Counted from the stretch's first letter, positions 1 through 12,500 are shown. The stretch is 64,000 bases of DNA from Nitrospirales bacterium (GCA_965203295.1 CBDBCZ010000014.1:832001-896000); one strand, 5' to 3'. The notes: a model not told the origin generated them from the letters alone. Translations and numbers: made by a program.

Positions 1-366
1 GCATGTGCTCAAGGGGGTTTCTGCAGAAATATTTTATTCCCTCAGCTAAATATCAAACAGCAACTGGTATATTGAAAAGACAAAAAATGCTTAATAAAAG
101 TTACTTTTCAAAAGCAAAAAAAAAAAAAAGAAATTAGCAAAAACAAACTTGGCGTTCATTTTTAGTGAGCGTTTTTTTTTTAAAAAAACGAAACTTTTTT
201 TAAAAAAAAGAGAAAAAGTTTCACCCAAAGGGCCAGGATGTGGAAGCTCAAGCGGCTAACGAACAAGAACTGACCCCGATGGATCCACTCCGCAGCGTGT
301 ACAGGTTTATACTGGAATTAAGGGAGGTAGGGGGCGGTCCCTAAGCCATAATGCCCCAAACCTCAG

Positions 367-596
367 TGCACGAGCCGAGATTCGAACTCGCGATCACTGT
401 CTCCAGATACTGCGCCACTGCTCCCAGCACCACGGGGGGTGTTGGTGACAGTAGATGAACATTTCTCTCTTTTATATCAGTACTATTCCTATAGACATTC
501 GGAAGAGAAAAAAAGGAAAATTAAAGTTCCCGGGCGGATTCGAACCCGCGACCTTTTCATTGAGAGGCGAAACGATTGCCGCTAAGCCACGCCTGC
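367..596 (-). ncRNA. Two tandem tRNA-derived (Pol III A/B-box) units inside a repeat; not canonical tRNAs (copy 2 at ~29151-29380)
   Basis: Minus 596-527: TGGCTTAGCGG A-box, TTCG-CCTCTCAA-TGAA anticodon-like arm, GGTTCGAATCC B-box, then a T-rich tract. Minus 432-367: CGAG-TTCGAAT-CTCG T-arm. Acceptor stems do not pair. Confidence 0.55.
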
Positions 597-994
597 TCCT
601 GGAAATTTGATTGAAAATTTTCCCGTTAAATAAGGGGTATGGCAATAGACGCAAACAGGTCGAAGTTTCATATCATTGCTAGGTCTTTAAGTATTAGTTA
701 GACCAAGCAACAAGGTTACTACAATGTTTTGAGCACCCGAGGGACTAATTGGCTGAAGCACAACCTACTTATTGACCGAGGCGGAGCTGTCGCTGACGCG
801 AATGTTGAGAAATTGCTAGCTGACGCTGAAAGCTCGTTTTGCACTACTGCTGTAAGCCAAGTTGGCATAGTAACATACTAACATCCACATCTGCTAGTAC
901 CTATGGTTCGCCAAAGTCTGAGAAAGCTGTGAATTAGGGTGCCGTTTGTGTCAAAATCAATTTTTTGAGATACTTTGACTAGAGAATATATGGC

Positions 995-1146
995 ATTTAC
1001 TAAATACCCATGGTTACTTAGTAAATACCCACAGTTACTTAGTAAATACCCAGGGTTATTACCTGGCATTTGCTAAATACCCATGGTCATTTACTAAATA
1101 CGTAATTGCTAAATACCATGATCATTTACCATGATCATTTACCCTG
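995..1146. repeat. ~20-bp direct repeat array (TTACTAAATACCCATGG), probable subterminal array of a DNA transposon end
   Basis: Repeated taaataccc units ending in ...ccctg|ta, a TA-flanked Tc1/mariner-like terminus. No partner end identified. Confidence 0.5.
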
Positions 1147-1686
1147 TAGGGCTGGGAACGAGACTAATCAGATGAGCAACACTGGAAATGCTCTCCCGAG
1201 ATCGACTGTGTGACGGATTCTGACGGGTACATGTACTCATCATAGCGATGGCCTTATGGACAACTAATTCGCTGCCTATAGCCCGTACCCATACCCCAGA
1301 CGTAAAAGTCGTGGAACGAGAGCACGATGATCTGGAATCAGGATTCAGATTCAGAATAGACTATTATCTATGCTCTGAGTTTCTAAAACCTTGTAGTGAC
1401 GAGCTCGCATCCGGTCTCTAACCTATACTTAATTGTGAAACAGGTTTGCATGTAGTGTGTTGTGCCAAAGTTGCACTACAGTACAGCTTTGTCTCGAAGG
1501 TCATTTACTGACTGTCAGTGCTCACATTGTGGTATTTTAGTCAAACTATCTACATATGTGTATTACAATAAGTAACATATTTGCCTGGACTGTGCACTTA
1601 CATATATTAGCAACGTATGTAGAGCGCTTTTATGCAGTGGATCCCTTTTTATTGGTATTGCCACAAATCATATACAAGTGAACCTA

Positions 1687-1749
1687 CCAGTCTCTACTCC
1701 CCACCTAGCTTTTTTGCACAGAAACAGCTGAGTGGGGAGTAGAGACTGG
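1687..1749. repeat. Short hairpin interspersed repeat
   Basis: Perfect 17-bp inverted repeat CCAGTCTCTACTCCCCA / TGGGGAGTAGAGACTGG. Related palindromes at 3953-3990 and ~7803-7845. Confidence 0.75.
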
Positions 1750-1761
1750 GTACAAAGTTAA

Positions 1762-2121
1762 AGTGGTGTCCCACCCAATTGGACGTTTAATCTCAAAAAA
1801 TGGTAGGGACTATGAAGGTAAAAATGCAACCCAGTAATTTTCTCAATGAGTTCTCTTCAATGAACACCTTTTTGAAACATACAGGGTAAATTTAACTTTC
1901 CAACTTTTTTCCTTGACCCCCCTCAGGAAGTACTAAATGTCATTGCATAGCACTCGTGGTTTTAGAGACTTTGGTGAAACTTTAAGGTGCATAGGGGGTA
2001 GACAAGCCGAGATATTGATGTCCCAAATTCATAAACAATAATGAAAAATTGACATTGATATCTTGGCTTGTGTACAGAAATAAATGTTCAAAATAATATT
2101 ATCTTTGGGTGGAACATCACC
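1762..2121. mobile_element. Kolobok-type MITE (copy 2 at 30546-30905)
   Basis: TTAA on both flanks (1758-1761, 2122-2125). Imperfect 16-bp TIR AGTGGTGTCCCACCCA / TGGGTGGAACATCACC with RR...YY ends. Confidence 0.75.
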
Positions 2122-2234
2122 TTAAGTGAACCCCACACCAGTCTTATTTATTAATGTGGCAGCTAGTGGCAGTGTGTCCAACTGTGTGCATTTTGTGGTG
2201 TAAAGGGTGACTACATACAGTGTGTGTGTGTGTG

Positions 2235-2710
<476 letters not shown>

Positions 2711-2720
2711 GTGTGTGTGC

Positions 2721-2804
<84 letters not shown>

Positions 2805-3559
2805 CATGCATGGAAGGAACAGCATTAAGTTGTATCCAAATACAAACAGGATAAGTGAAAACTGGATGAGTGACTAGTAACCATGAAATACTGGATACGG
2901 CAAAATAGTATTAGTTATATGTATACATGTCAGTTGTATGGGTTAGCCAAGACCTACGGATAATATTGCCATTATACGTATTGTTCAAGACTTTCCCAGT
3001 GTCTTGGATTAGTAAACATAAGTGCCTATATACGTAAGTACTGCATAATTATGGAAATGGATGACATTGCCTGTGGAAGCGCTCACTTTTTTGGCAGTTA
3101 ATTCATTATTAGTCCAAGACATGAGCTTGTGAAGCTTGAAAGTGGAAATCATGTGGATTCATTGGAAACAATTTGGTAATCACCAGTAGAATCCCAGAAG
3201 AATTACTGGTCATTCTACATGTACTTGTCATTTATCCACAGACATATAAGTGAGATACAAGGAACACTGAATTAGCTGCACAAAATATCACTCAACTGTG
3301 TACATAGAAATCAAGGCCCAAACTCATGAAGTATGCATGGCACCTGAAGTACTGTAAGGGTAGGCGTATATCGTAGTCAGGGTGAACACACGGCAAATTG
3401 GCTGGCCCATACAAGTATGAGTTTCCATGATATAGATTCATTTCAGAATGATTCTTATATACAAAAATTGAAAATACACAAAGTGGAAACAACATCAAAG
3501 TAGTTAAGCAATGCATATAAAAATATTGTGTAAATGACAAAGTGGCCGACTAAGGTAAT

Positions 3560-5432
3560 TTAGTCAAGTTTCATGACTACATGAGCCATTTGTGACATTG
3601 TGCTGCCACCATCATTGGACACTTTGCATGTGTATAGACCTTCGTCCTCATCGGTGAAGCAGTGGATAGTGTAGGTTGACTGGACCTCTTTGTTTAGAGA
3701 GAGTCCATTGAAGTACCACAGGTAACTGAGTTCTCCAGACCCAGTGGCTACACAGCTCAGAGTTAGGGGGTCCCCGAGTTCAATCTCTTGTGGCTGGGGG
3801 TGCACTGAGATCACTGGTTTATCTGTCACTACTGGTGCTGTGAGTGGGAGGGAGAGAAAATCAATAAGTTGGATGATAGTTTAATTCTGGTAACATGTAC
3901 ACCGTAATGACTTATTTACATCTGCAGCACAATAATTACCAAGCGAGATAACTCGTACCCAGGCCTCCCGGCGGGAGGCCTGGGTACGAGAGGAGAGAAG
4001 CAAAGCAACCAATCGTGTTGTATAGACTCCATGTGTGCAGTTTGATGTGTAGTAACACTACAGGAATGTAATTACAGCCTGCCAGTGGACAAAGAGACTA
4101 TTTAAGAGAGCATACTGTAGACTCGGGTTATTAAGCGCATGCGCTTATGAGTCTGAGCAGCAAGGAAATATGCGCTTAACAAAAAGTGTGCGCTTATAAA
4201 TAGCGATTTCTAGCACCGCCCATTAGTCCCACCCACCTTTCGCAACTCGTTCTATGGCTAGCTAGCTATCATGGCAAGGGGGGAAGATGCGATGCTGATT
4301 CACGAAAGCATCATTCAAGGGCACCACGTGTACAAAATCGTCTTGGTGTTCAACGATTGGACGTCTGGTACAAATTATTGTCATGATAGTGGTTGACAAC
4401 AGTCAGCTTGAACTCTCTTGCATAGCTTTTCCTCTTAGCCTTTCCCGATCTGTTCGAGAGAAGGATAGAAGCACCAGCAGCCGTAGCCATCATGAGAATC
4501 TCCAGTGAAACACTCGGTAATACTTAGCACGTTGCAATCTCGATCTCGTGCTGAGAGAGCCCAAAGTTTAAAGTTTAATCGGGCGCATGCATGCGCTTAG
4601 TAGCGAGTAGCAAAAATCAGGAAGGAAGTATGCGCTTATAAAAAGTTGTGCGCTTATAAAAAAAGGTGCGCTAACCCGAGTCTACGGTACAGTAGAGTTG
4701 AGAGCATGTACTGCAGTGGAGTTGCCTGCAGAGAGGCAACAGTGATTTACGGAGGCAACATGTGTAGCAACCTAGAAGTAGTGGTAGCGATCTATGGGGG
4801 GTTCACCGGCAGTGAGGAAGGCTGATTCGGCAGCATCAGACACTGATGGCCGCCATTCTCAAATAACTACATGCACTCCCCCATTTTAATTGGAAAGGAA
4901 GTGTGTGTGTATGCAAGTGTTGACTCTTCTAGATCTACATGTATAGGTATTGCTTCCCATGAGGCTTCCACATGGAATACCATAATAGTTTACATGATGC
5001 TGACGCCTGAGTGGTAGAAGCATTTGCTGACGTAGGTGGAGCAGATGATGGCACCGGCTGTCCACAAGGCTCATCCTCGTGCTCTGGTTCTCCTCGACCC
5101 CGGTAGCCCATTCTTCCATACTGACCCCAGCGGTCTGGAGCACGTAACAGGGGACCCTGGCCATTGCGAATGGAGACTCTAGCAACTTGGGAATCCGTTG
5201 AGCCAGCACAATTAGTGACCCTACAGTAGTAGTCACCTCCATCGCTGTCAATGACTGAGTGGATAAGCAGCTCACGACTCTCACGGCCATTAATCAGCTC
5301 ATTGCTTCGGTACCATTGGAATTTTGTTGAAGAGTCAGGGTTCTCGACATCAACGAAGAGGCGAAGTGGGTTGTCCATACACTACTGTAGAGCTGTAAGG
5401 CTGGACTGATATTCTGGGCTTGGAAATATGCT
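3560..5432 (-). pseudogene. 3' part of a tandem Ig-domain gene (MALT1-Ig-like I-set domains), copy 1 with a +1 frameshift; exons 5432-4994 and 3837-3560
   Basis: Ig motifs FQWYR...DGGDYYC and LTLSC...YLWYFNG...DEGLYTC. Pyrimidine-tract AG acceptors at 5433 and 3838, phase-1 compatible. Extra G at 5368-5370 relative to copy 2. Confidence 0.75.
4115..4687. mobile_element. Internally deleted pogo/Tc1-mariner-type transposon in the Ig-gene intron, with transposase N-terminus (-) and HIRAN-like ORF start (+)
   Basis: TA flanks; TIR CTGTAGACTCGGGTTA / TAACCCGAGTCTACGG; TGCGCTTA subterminal repeats. Minus 4493-4334 reads MMATAAG...KRKSYAREFKLTVVNHYHDNNLYQTS, then LNTKTIL after a frameshift. Plus 4271-4336 reads MARGEDAMLIHESIIQGHHVYK. 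Confidence 0.8.
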
Positions 5433-6639
5433 CTATGGATAGAGAAAAAAGGACACTTTATGGGTGGGATGTGTGGTACAATTTCAAAGTATGTGAATAA
5501 TTCTAACAGAAGCTACCTTTCGTGGTTTTGTGAAGATGAAGCAACAAGATTGCTAGCCTCATTCCCAGGCTACAAAAGGAGTGGCCTGGTAGACACTGTT
5601 TACATGTAACATAATGTACATGTAAAATTGCACACAAATGACAAGCACAGATGCATAGGCGAACCAACCAGGTAACCTTGCTCAACTTTCAGCCAAACAG
5701 AAACAGCAAGACTTCATCGATTTAACAAATTCACTTGGTAGCTTAGCATGAGTGTATTCTTCCATGCATGCGAACTGGTAAGTATACGGTAACAAATGAA
5801 ATAACGAGCATATAGGGTACATGTAGCTGTGTTACGCTCGAATCACTGCACTTCAGGGAGGTTGGAACTCTTAACTCTCAAGTTCAGAGAAGCACACACA
5901 TAGCTACAGTACCATAAAGCTAAATTTCAAGTAATTGTTCATCAGAAAAGAATGCAGGACATTCTTATCAGTACTTTTAGCATAGATAAATAATTGGCTG
6001 TAGATAAACACAAAATTGTCAGACTTTAGTACACTGTACCTACGTACAGAGCTGCTAGTTTCTTCAAATGTGGGCTTGAAGGGGAGGGTGCCTTTCCTGG
6101 CATAGAAATTAATTTTGTCAGAAGATGCAGCAGCAATTTAATATTAAACTCATGCAGAATGTGAAATACGTACCCGTACCAATAGCTGTAGTCCAAATGC
6201 TAAATGCTCAGACATTTGCCTCATCTGTACATGCACTGTGTTTCCTGGAACAATGCATGTAGAAGGAGTGTTGGAGCCTACATGATTACCAAATTCCTCC
6301 AAATTAGTTTGTTTCTGTTACTTACACATTTTATGTCACCCAGGCAGCATGAAACAGGATTAGTTCTCTGTAGGTATAGTGCATGAAGGTTTACAACCAT
6401 TCAGTCATGACATGTAGACTGCTTTCACTTACGTAATTGTTTTTAGACCACTCCTGGGCCGTACTTACTACACTTCTCTAAGGTGTCCACTAGTAGGACA
6501 CAACTGTGGCTCTGACACAATCTGTTGTGATGTAACAGTACAACTTCAGCTGTGTATTTTCAGACTCGGCATAATGCAGTAGCACTATTCTTCAAGATAC
6601 ATGGCTGGTTTCTATATACATGAACTTTACTCCATGCAG

Positions 6640-7141
6640 ACATTGATGAATGCGAAAGAGACACAGATAACTGCAGCGTAAATGTAAACTGCTCAGCCAC
6701 TGAAAGAAGCTTCAACTGTACATGTGTCACTGGATATGAAGGGGATAGAGTGAATTGCACAAGTAAACCCAATTTCAGTTAGAGCTTTTACTAAATATCA
6801 ACAATTTATCCCACAATTCCAGTGTATATTGCCTGAAACCATTGTCACATTTGCACTTACTGAGTTCAGTATGAAATTACTGTAGTCGTTTCTTTTCTAT
6901 GCAGATATCAATGAATGTGATAGGGGCTCTCATGACTGATGCTAAAGCAGACTGCACTGACACCAATGGGAGCTACTTATGCACCTGCAGAGTAGGATTC
7001 AGTGGCAACGGCAACACATGCAGTAAGAAGTTCTAGTGTATTCATTGATCAAGTGCATCCATTGCATTTTCTCCCTCATGATCAATAGGTTGTACTGATG
7101 GTCAGCTGATGTTAGCAAATGGCTCCAGCTCCACAGAAGGC
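6640..7141 (+). pseudogene. cbEGF-cbEGF-SRCR gene fragment (exons 6640-6762, 6905-7022, 7089-~7141)
   Basis: Exon 1 DIDECERDTDNCSVNVNCSATERSFNCTCVTGYEGDRVNCT. Exon 2 DINECDRGSHD/DAKADCTDTNGSYLCTCRVGFSGNGNTC with a 2-bp deletion frameshift. Exon 3 CTDGQLMLANGSSSTEG, a truncated SRCR start. AG/GT boundaries present. Confidence 0.85.
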
Positions 7142-8544
7142 CACCGCCGCTCACGCTCACTCTAAATTCGTATGGGCAGAGAACGCAAGCACTATATAGG
7201 CTTAATTTTTTTCAACTGCCTGAAATACATTAATGTCTTGCAAGGCATTGGACCAGCAGAGATCTAGCTTCTCCTGCATGGACTCCTCTTTCTCTCCTCT
7301 CTCCACTGTTAACAAATTTACATATACCCTTTGTGCTAATAGTCATAGTAATTTAATTGGTAAACATTTATACAAATCTAGATTGCAACTTTAACTCTAT
7401 CATCATTGTAGCTACTTTCACTCTTCCAGTTTTCTATGTTATTTTATTTATTGATTTGTGACTCCTAGTTTTAGGCCGGGCATTCTTGTGTATGCGTGTC
7501 ACGAAAATAAAATATTCTATTCTATAGTCATCAAACAGTACCTCCATAGGCTCAAGCAGATTGCAGTTTTATTAAACTATATTATGCTATAGTCTTACAG
7601 TGCGTACTTCTAATTGTGCTCAACAAACTGTCGAACCAGCATTAAGTATATACAAGCGCGCAACAGCATACGGCATGCGCAGTTGCGCACATACAATAGT
7701 GTCTGCATCAAGGGTAGAATGCACAGCTGGGGATTGAACCCATGAACCTTTTCAAAAACACAATGAGCTACTAGAACCCATGAGTAGTACCCAGCTTTAC
7801 ACTAGCCTTGTGCCCAGGCTCTTGCGGTGCCTGGGTGCTAGGCTATATCTAAACCTGCTTGTATCACACATACAAACGGGACTGCCAGTAAAGTGTACAG
7901 CTTACCCATAGTATACATTGGCAGACAGAGTACACATTTTCCATCCGCCTAGTTATTCTGCATTAGCGCTTCAACAGATTGGCCATGGTTATAACACTCA
8001 GTGAAATTAGTTTTATTGGCTTTGGCTTCACCTGAGCAGCCAATAAATCGCTTATCATTAATCGCTTTCACCTTGTGCTTAAACACACCTACCAGTAGGA
8101 ACTAGCCAACTTTCTTGCTATTATGCTCATAATCATGCTCATAATCGCCTTTCTTGCTATTATGCTCATCAAGTATCAGCAAAGACACATCAAGTTGGAG
8201 CATAGTTGCAGGAGAGTTAGAACATCAGAGCATAGCATATCAATGATTTTGAGCATAAGCTCCACAAGCCTTAGCTGTATACAGCACTACATGTAGCAGT
8301 CCCTCTGACATGTATGTATGGCTGCCACAGTACAATATAGGCCTGCTAGAATAGCAAACCCTCCAAAATTTTGTGAAAACAGGAAGGGTGGCAAGGTAGA
8401 GCACAGCTAGATAGGGCTCTGGCTCTTATATACTGAGAGGTTGCTTAAAGCACTTGTGGGTTTACAAGGCTACAATAATTGTTCATGAATATAATCATGC
8501 AAGTATAATCGCTTTTAGCTCTCTGCTCTAATATTTTGTCTGTC

Positions 8545-8735
8545 CAGGAGTGGGCTAATATTCAGTAATACTCAGGGGTGGGCTTACGTATATTCAGCAG
8601 TGGGCTTATACTCAGGAGTGGGCTTATACTCAGGAGTGAGCTTATACTCAGGGATGTGCTAATACTCAGGGGTGGGCTTATAATCAAGAGTGGGCTTATA
8701 CTCAGTGTGGGCTCATACTCAAGGGTGGACTTAAT
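8545..8735. repeat. ~18-bp tandem array (GGGCTTATACTCAGGAGT), likely DNA-transposon subterminal repeats (copy 2 ~37362-37552)
   Basis: Visible tandem units; they generate the spurious GLILRS ORF. Confidence 0.7.
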
Positions 8736-9929
8736 TATATGCTCTGGGTGGGTTAAAACAGGGAGAACAATGCCCTTTGGTGTTCTTAAAACATTGATAT
8801 GGTACCAATTGCCATCAGAGGAACTTAGGCATGTACGTATGTGTAGCTAGAACTATACCTAATCACCTGGGAAGTACTGCAGTGCAGCGTGGCCTGTTAT
8901 CTAGTCAGCTTCAGGACAGGATCATGTATCTTGCTTCTGTTGTGTAAAGACAGACAGCCATCACCTGTATACGACAAGGCGGTTGTAGAGATGACATCAA
9001 AGTACATCCAGTGCATTCTAGTTGAAAACCTAACAAATAGTGAACAAAAAGTGACATTCAGAGAAGAAAAAAAACAAATGTTACTTACGTACGTACGTAC
9101 GTACATCACTTCGCACAGCTTGAACCCAGCATGCATACATTCTGAACATGGACCAGTGCATGCAGTATCTTGTCCTACGGGGAAAAATGTGGATATTCAT
9201 GTGACAAGACAGAAATTATCCATTTACAGTACTGGACATCACCATTGCCATCCTATTCTGTGACCTGCGATAACAGGATTAGGTGAGTGCTGTGAGCAAG
9301 GCAGTCATACAGCTGTACATGAAGGGTGGTTTGTGCTGCTAGCCATTTGTGAGATGACGACATGCACTCATAATAATTTACATGAGTGTCCAGTATATCA
9401 AGGCCTGCTAGCTATATATGGCAATGGATATGGGAGGTATAATGTACGTCCTCAACCTCTGTACATTAATTTCCCATTTACCCAGTTTCTCTACTGTTTT
9501 GTGGCTAAAATCAACAATGTCAATTATTTAGTGAACAGAAAGTGACATTACGCAGAATGGTCAATTTGTGCAATCATAACTCATGCAAGATTAGTCATAA
9601 TGTAAGAAATAAGGGGGGGGGGGTGGTCCTCACTACATAAAAACTTCATTCCTCCTGCCAAGTGAAGGTGTCACACCACTTAGCTGCTGGCTGCAAAAAG
9701 ATCAGGTGGCTCTACATACAAGCCCATTCAGTCCCAATATGCATACAGCCAATATAGCTCAGAGGTGCAGTGTAATATGTAGCAGCATCTCTACCTTGTC
9801 CTGCCATATGTGACGTTAGTAGTACACACTAGATCCAAATGCATCTCTTACTACATGTGTATCCATGCAACAATGCTACGTATCCTAGAAAGAGCAAATA
9901 TGACATGAATACCACTTGGGTATTCTTAA

Positions 9930-10272
9930 CAGTGTTTCATACAAAGGGAGGGGGGGCGCAGTTGGATCTCCTCTCTCCCCTTCCCTTCAGAATTTTAAAA
10001 TTATGATGTCATATTTACTAATGACACTGATTTTGAATTAAGTGCTGCATAGTTAGCTAGCAGCCAAAAGCCACCAGAATATAAAATTTTTGGGGGGCAT
10101 GCCCCCAGACGCCCTAGAAGGGTGTGGTTTGCACATACCTAGGTAGGTAGCCTGTTTCACAAGGTGTACACGTAAGTGAAGGTTAGCTTCTAATGAGTGA
10201 TTATTGCATACATTGACTATCCCTAAGCATTCAGTCTCCATCCTACAGCAAAAAGTCTTGTATGAAACTCTG
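9930..10272. mobile_element. hAT-like MITE with apparent 5-bp TSD (copy 2 at 38409-38751)
   Basis: TIR CAGTGTTTCATACA / TGTATGAAACTCTG, with CTTAA immediately on both flanks. Confidence 0.65.
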
Positions 10273-10389
10273 CTTAAGAGCGACAATATGGCCAAGCTTA
10301 AAGATACACTGCCAAGTATAATGATAAAATTCAGCACAAGTAAAAAATGGTACAGCTAGTGCCCCAGAGCAAAAGGAAGTACTCATGTT

Positions 10390-11640
10390 GTTGCCATAGT
10401 ACTTGCGCCATTGACCACATGCACCACCATACGCAGTTGTATGATCTCCAGTCAGAGGACAAGAGCAAGAGCAAACAGACGATTCACCGTCCTGATCACC
10501 ATATAACTTATTCTTCCAAGTATCCCAAATTAAAACTCTTAACTAGTTTTAATAAAGCCTTAAAATCATAACTGTCCCAATTTTCCACCCTAACCTGTTA
10601 ATTCTCTTAATTATTGAGTGCACTATACTTTTCAAAACTGCCCCACAACTGTCTAATATTTCCATGAAAGTATTTCTTATTGCAGCATACACAGGACACT
10701 CCCAGAGCACATGTACTACACTCTCAAATTCATCCCCACATAACTTACACACTGCCTGTCATTTTTACCCCCATGTCTCCCTAACTCTTCATTCAGACCT
10801 AAACTTAAACAGCAATCGTGTTCCTGGATCCACTGAGAGTAATTCTTGAATTTTATTTCCTTACAAAAAGACTTGGACAGACTCAGTTTATTTAAGCCAA
10901 CTCTAAAGTCTTTATATTCGCTCTCTATATCTCAACTCTTCATCTACTCTCTCTAAGAACAAATTTACACTGTTATTATTTCCTGTCTGTCTTGATTTCA
11001 CTGTAGCAACAATTCACTGATTAGTTTCCTCCAAGTCTTCCTCTGCCTACCCCTACACAGATTCACTCCCCACTCAAGAGTCTAGTAATAATCTAGGATA
11101 TCTCTCATCAACCAAATATTATTATTGACACCACTTAAGTTTGCACTATTCCCTCCTGCCTTTTAAAGACTCTAACTTCATATCCCCTCTTACTGTTTCA
11201 TTGCACGTTTTAGAAGAGCAGCCAAGAATCTTTTCAGCTGATTAGATTCCAAGGAAGCTGTCTGTCGCTTATTACAGGCCTACACTTCATGACCATCCCA
11301 TGAACCATTATTAGCAAATTCAATGCCCAAGTAACAGTAACTTGCAACCCTTGGAATGTCTGCATTCATTACAAAAGCCCTGTACTACATTAATATTAAT
11401 GTCTGTAAGTCCTCGGCATTTAGTAGTTAAACCTACAAAATCAGCAGCAAACTTTAGACCCCCAACCTTAACATCCTTCTCCTTAATGCCAATCCCAGCC
11501 TTCTCAACCTCATTTAACAACTGATTGATGAAAATGAAAAGAGAACTAGGCAAAATACTACAACCCTGTGCCACCCCTTGACCTATATTGAATGGTTTGG
11601 ATTTTTCTCCCTCCAGTAAAACAGCACTCATAAGAACCTT
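10390..11640 (-). mobile_element. 5'-truncated, degenerate non-LTR retrotransposon (RT core to C-terminal CCHC and 3' UTR); copy 2 ~38870-40122
   Basis: GVAQGCS...FINQLL...GGLKFAADFVG corresponds to the RT QG and FADD motifs, decayed. CKLCGDEFESVVHVLWECP zinc knuckle. Multiple frameshifts. Confidence 0.9.
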
Positions 11641-11899
11641 GCATACAAAAGGAAAGTTCTCTGAATACGGGAAAGTGAAGTTAACGTTTAACTTAACTTT
11701 TGCCATGGGGAAGACTAGAGCATCTGAGTAGTTGAAATATTGGCGGAATTTCGAAAGTTGGTACTCAGAGAATTTTCCTTTCTTAAGAGAGTAGATTTTA
11801 AAATAACGTTTACTTACATATTTTGCACTATCTCATAGGGAGTTTAGCTCTCAAAGTGGTATACATGTTCCCACAGCATGAAAGTCCCAGGCAAAACAC

Positions 11900-12500
11900 T
11901 TACAGCCATATAATTGTATTGTTGTGAAAAATACGTACAATTTAATTGGCTGAAAAGAGGAAAATTAGACCTCCTTTTTGTAGCTGAACACAGTAAACCT
12001 GATGTACCATGTTTGACTCAGCTTGGAAGAAGACTCCAAGTGGCAAAAAGATTGTCAGAAAATGTTTAGAAATGTTTTGTCCGCAACTTGAGAGATTTTT
12101 TGAAAATAATAACACCTACATGTACATGTACGCTGAACAGTTGGTTGTGAAAATTGAAGTCGCCTATAAATTATTGTTAACTTTTGCCATAACGATATTC
12201 CATCACTCTAAATGCAACAATGACAAAATCGAAATACGATACATTTCATTATGTGATGTCAACTATGTAACCTGAAATTTTCACCACCGACTGTTCAATA
12301 ATATTATAGGTACTACTACATGATCTGCACCTTATAGTCTGATGTTTTGTCTGTAATTTTGATCCACTTGGAGTCTGCTCTTCAAAGGTGGGTCAAACAT
12401 GGTACATCTGGTTTACTGTGTTCACCTACAGAAAGGAGGACTAACTCCCAACGCTTCTCTTTTCAGCCGATTACCAATTTCAACAACTGGGTTGTAAATT
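11900..12500. mobile_element. Degenerate foldback/long-TIR MITE (copy 2 ~40380-40985)
   Basis: Arms pair over >200 bp, e.g. GAACACAGTAAACCTGATGTACCATGTTTGAC vs GTCAAACATGGTACATCTGGTTTACTGTGTTC. Confidence 0.75.

Noticed and set aside
367..596. Functional tRNA genes
   Set aside because: Acceptor stems do not pair and D-arms are incomplete.
8578..8850. GLILRS-repeat ORF; array superficially CRISPR-like
   Set aside because: Tandem ~18-bp units without unique spacers, no cas genes, eukaryotic context.
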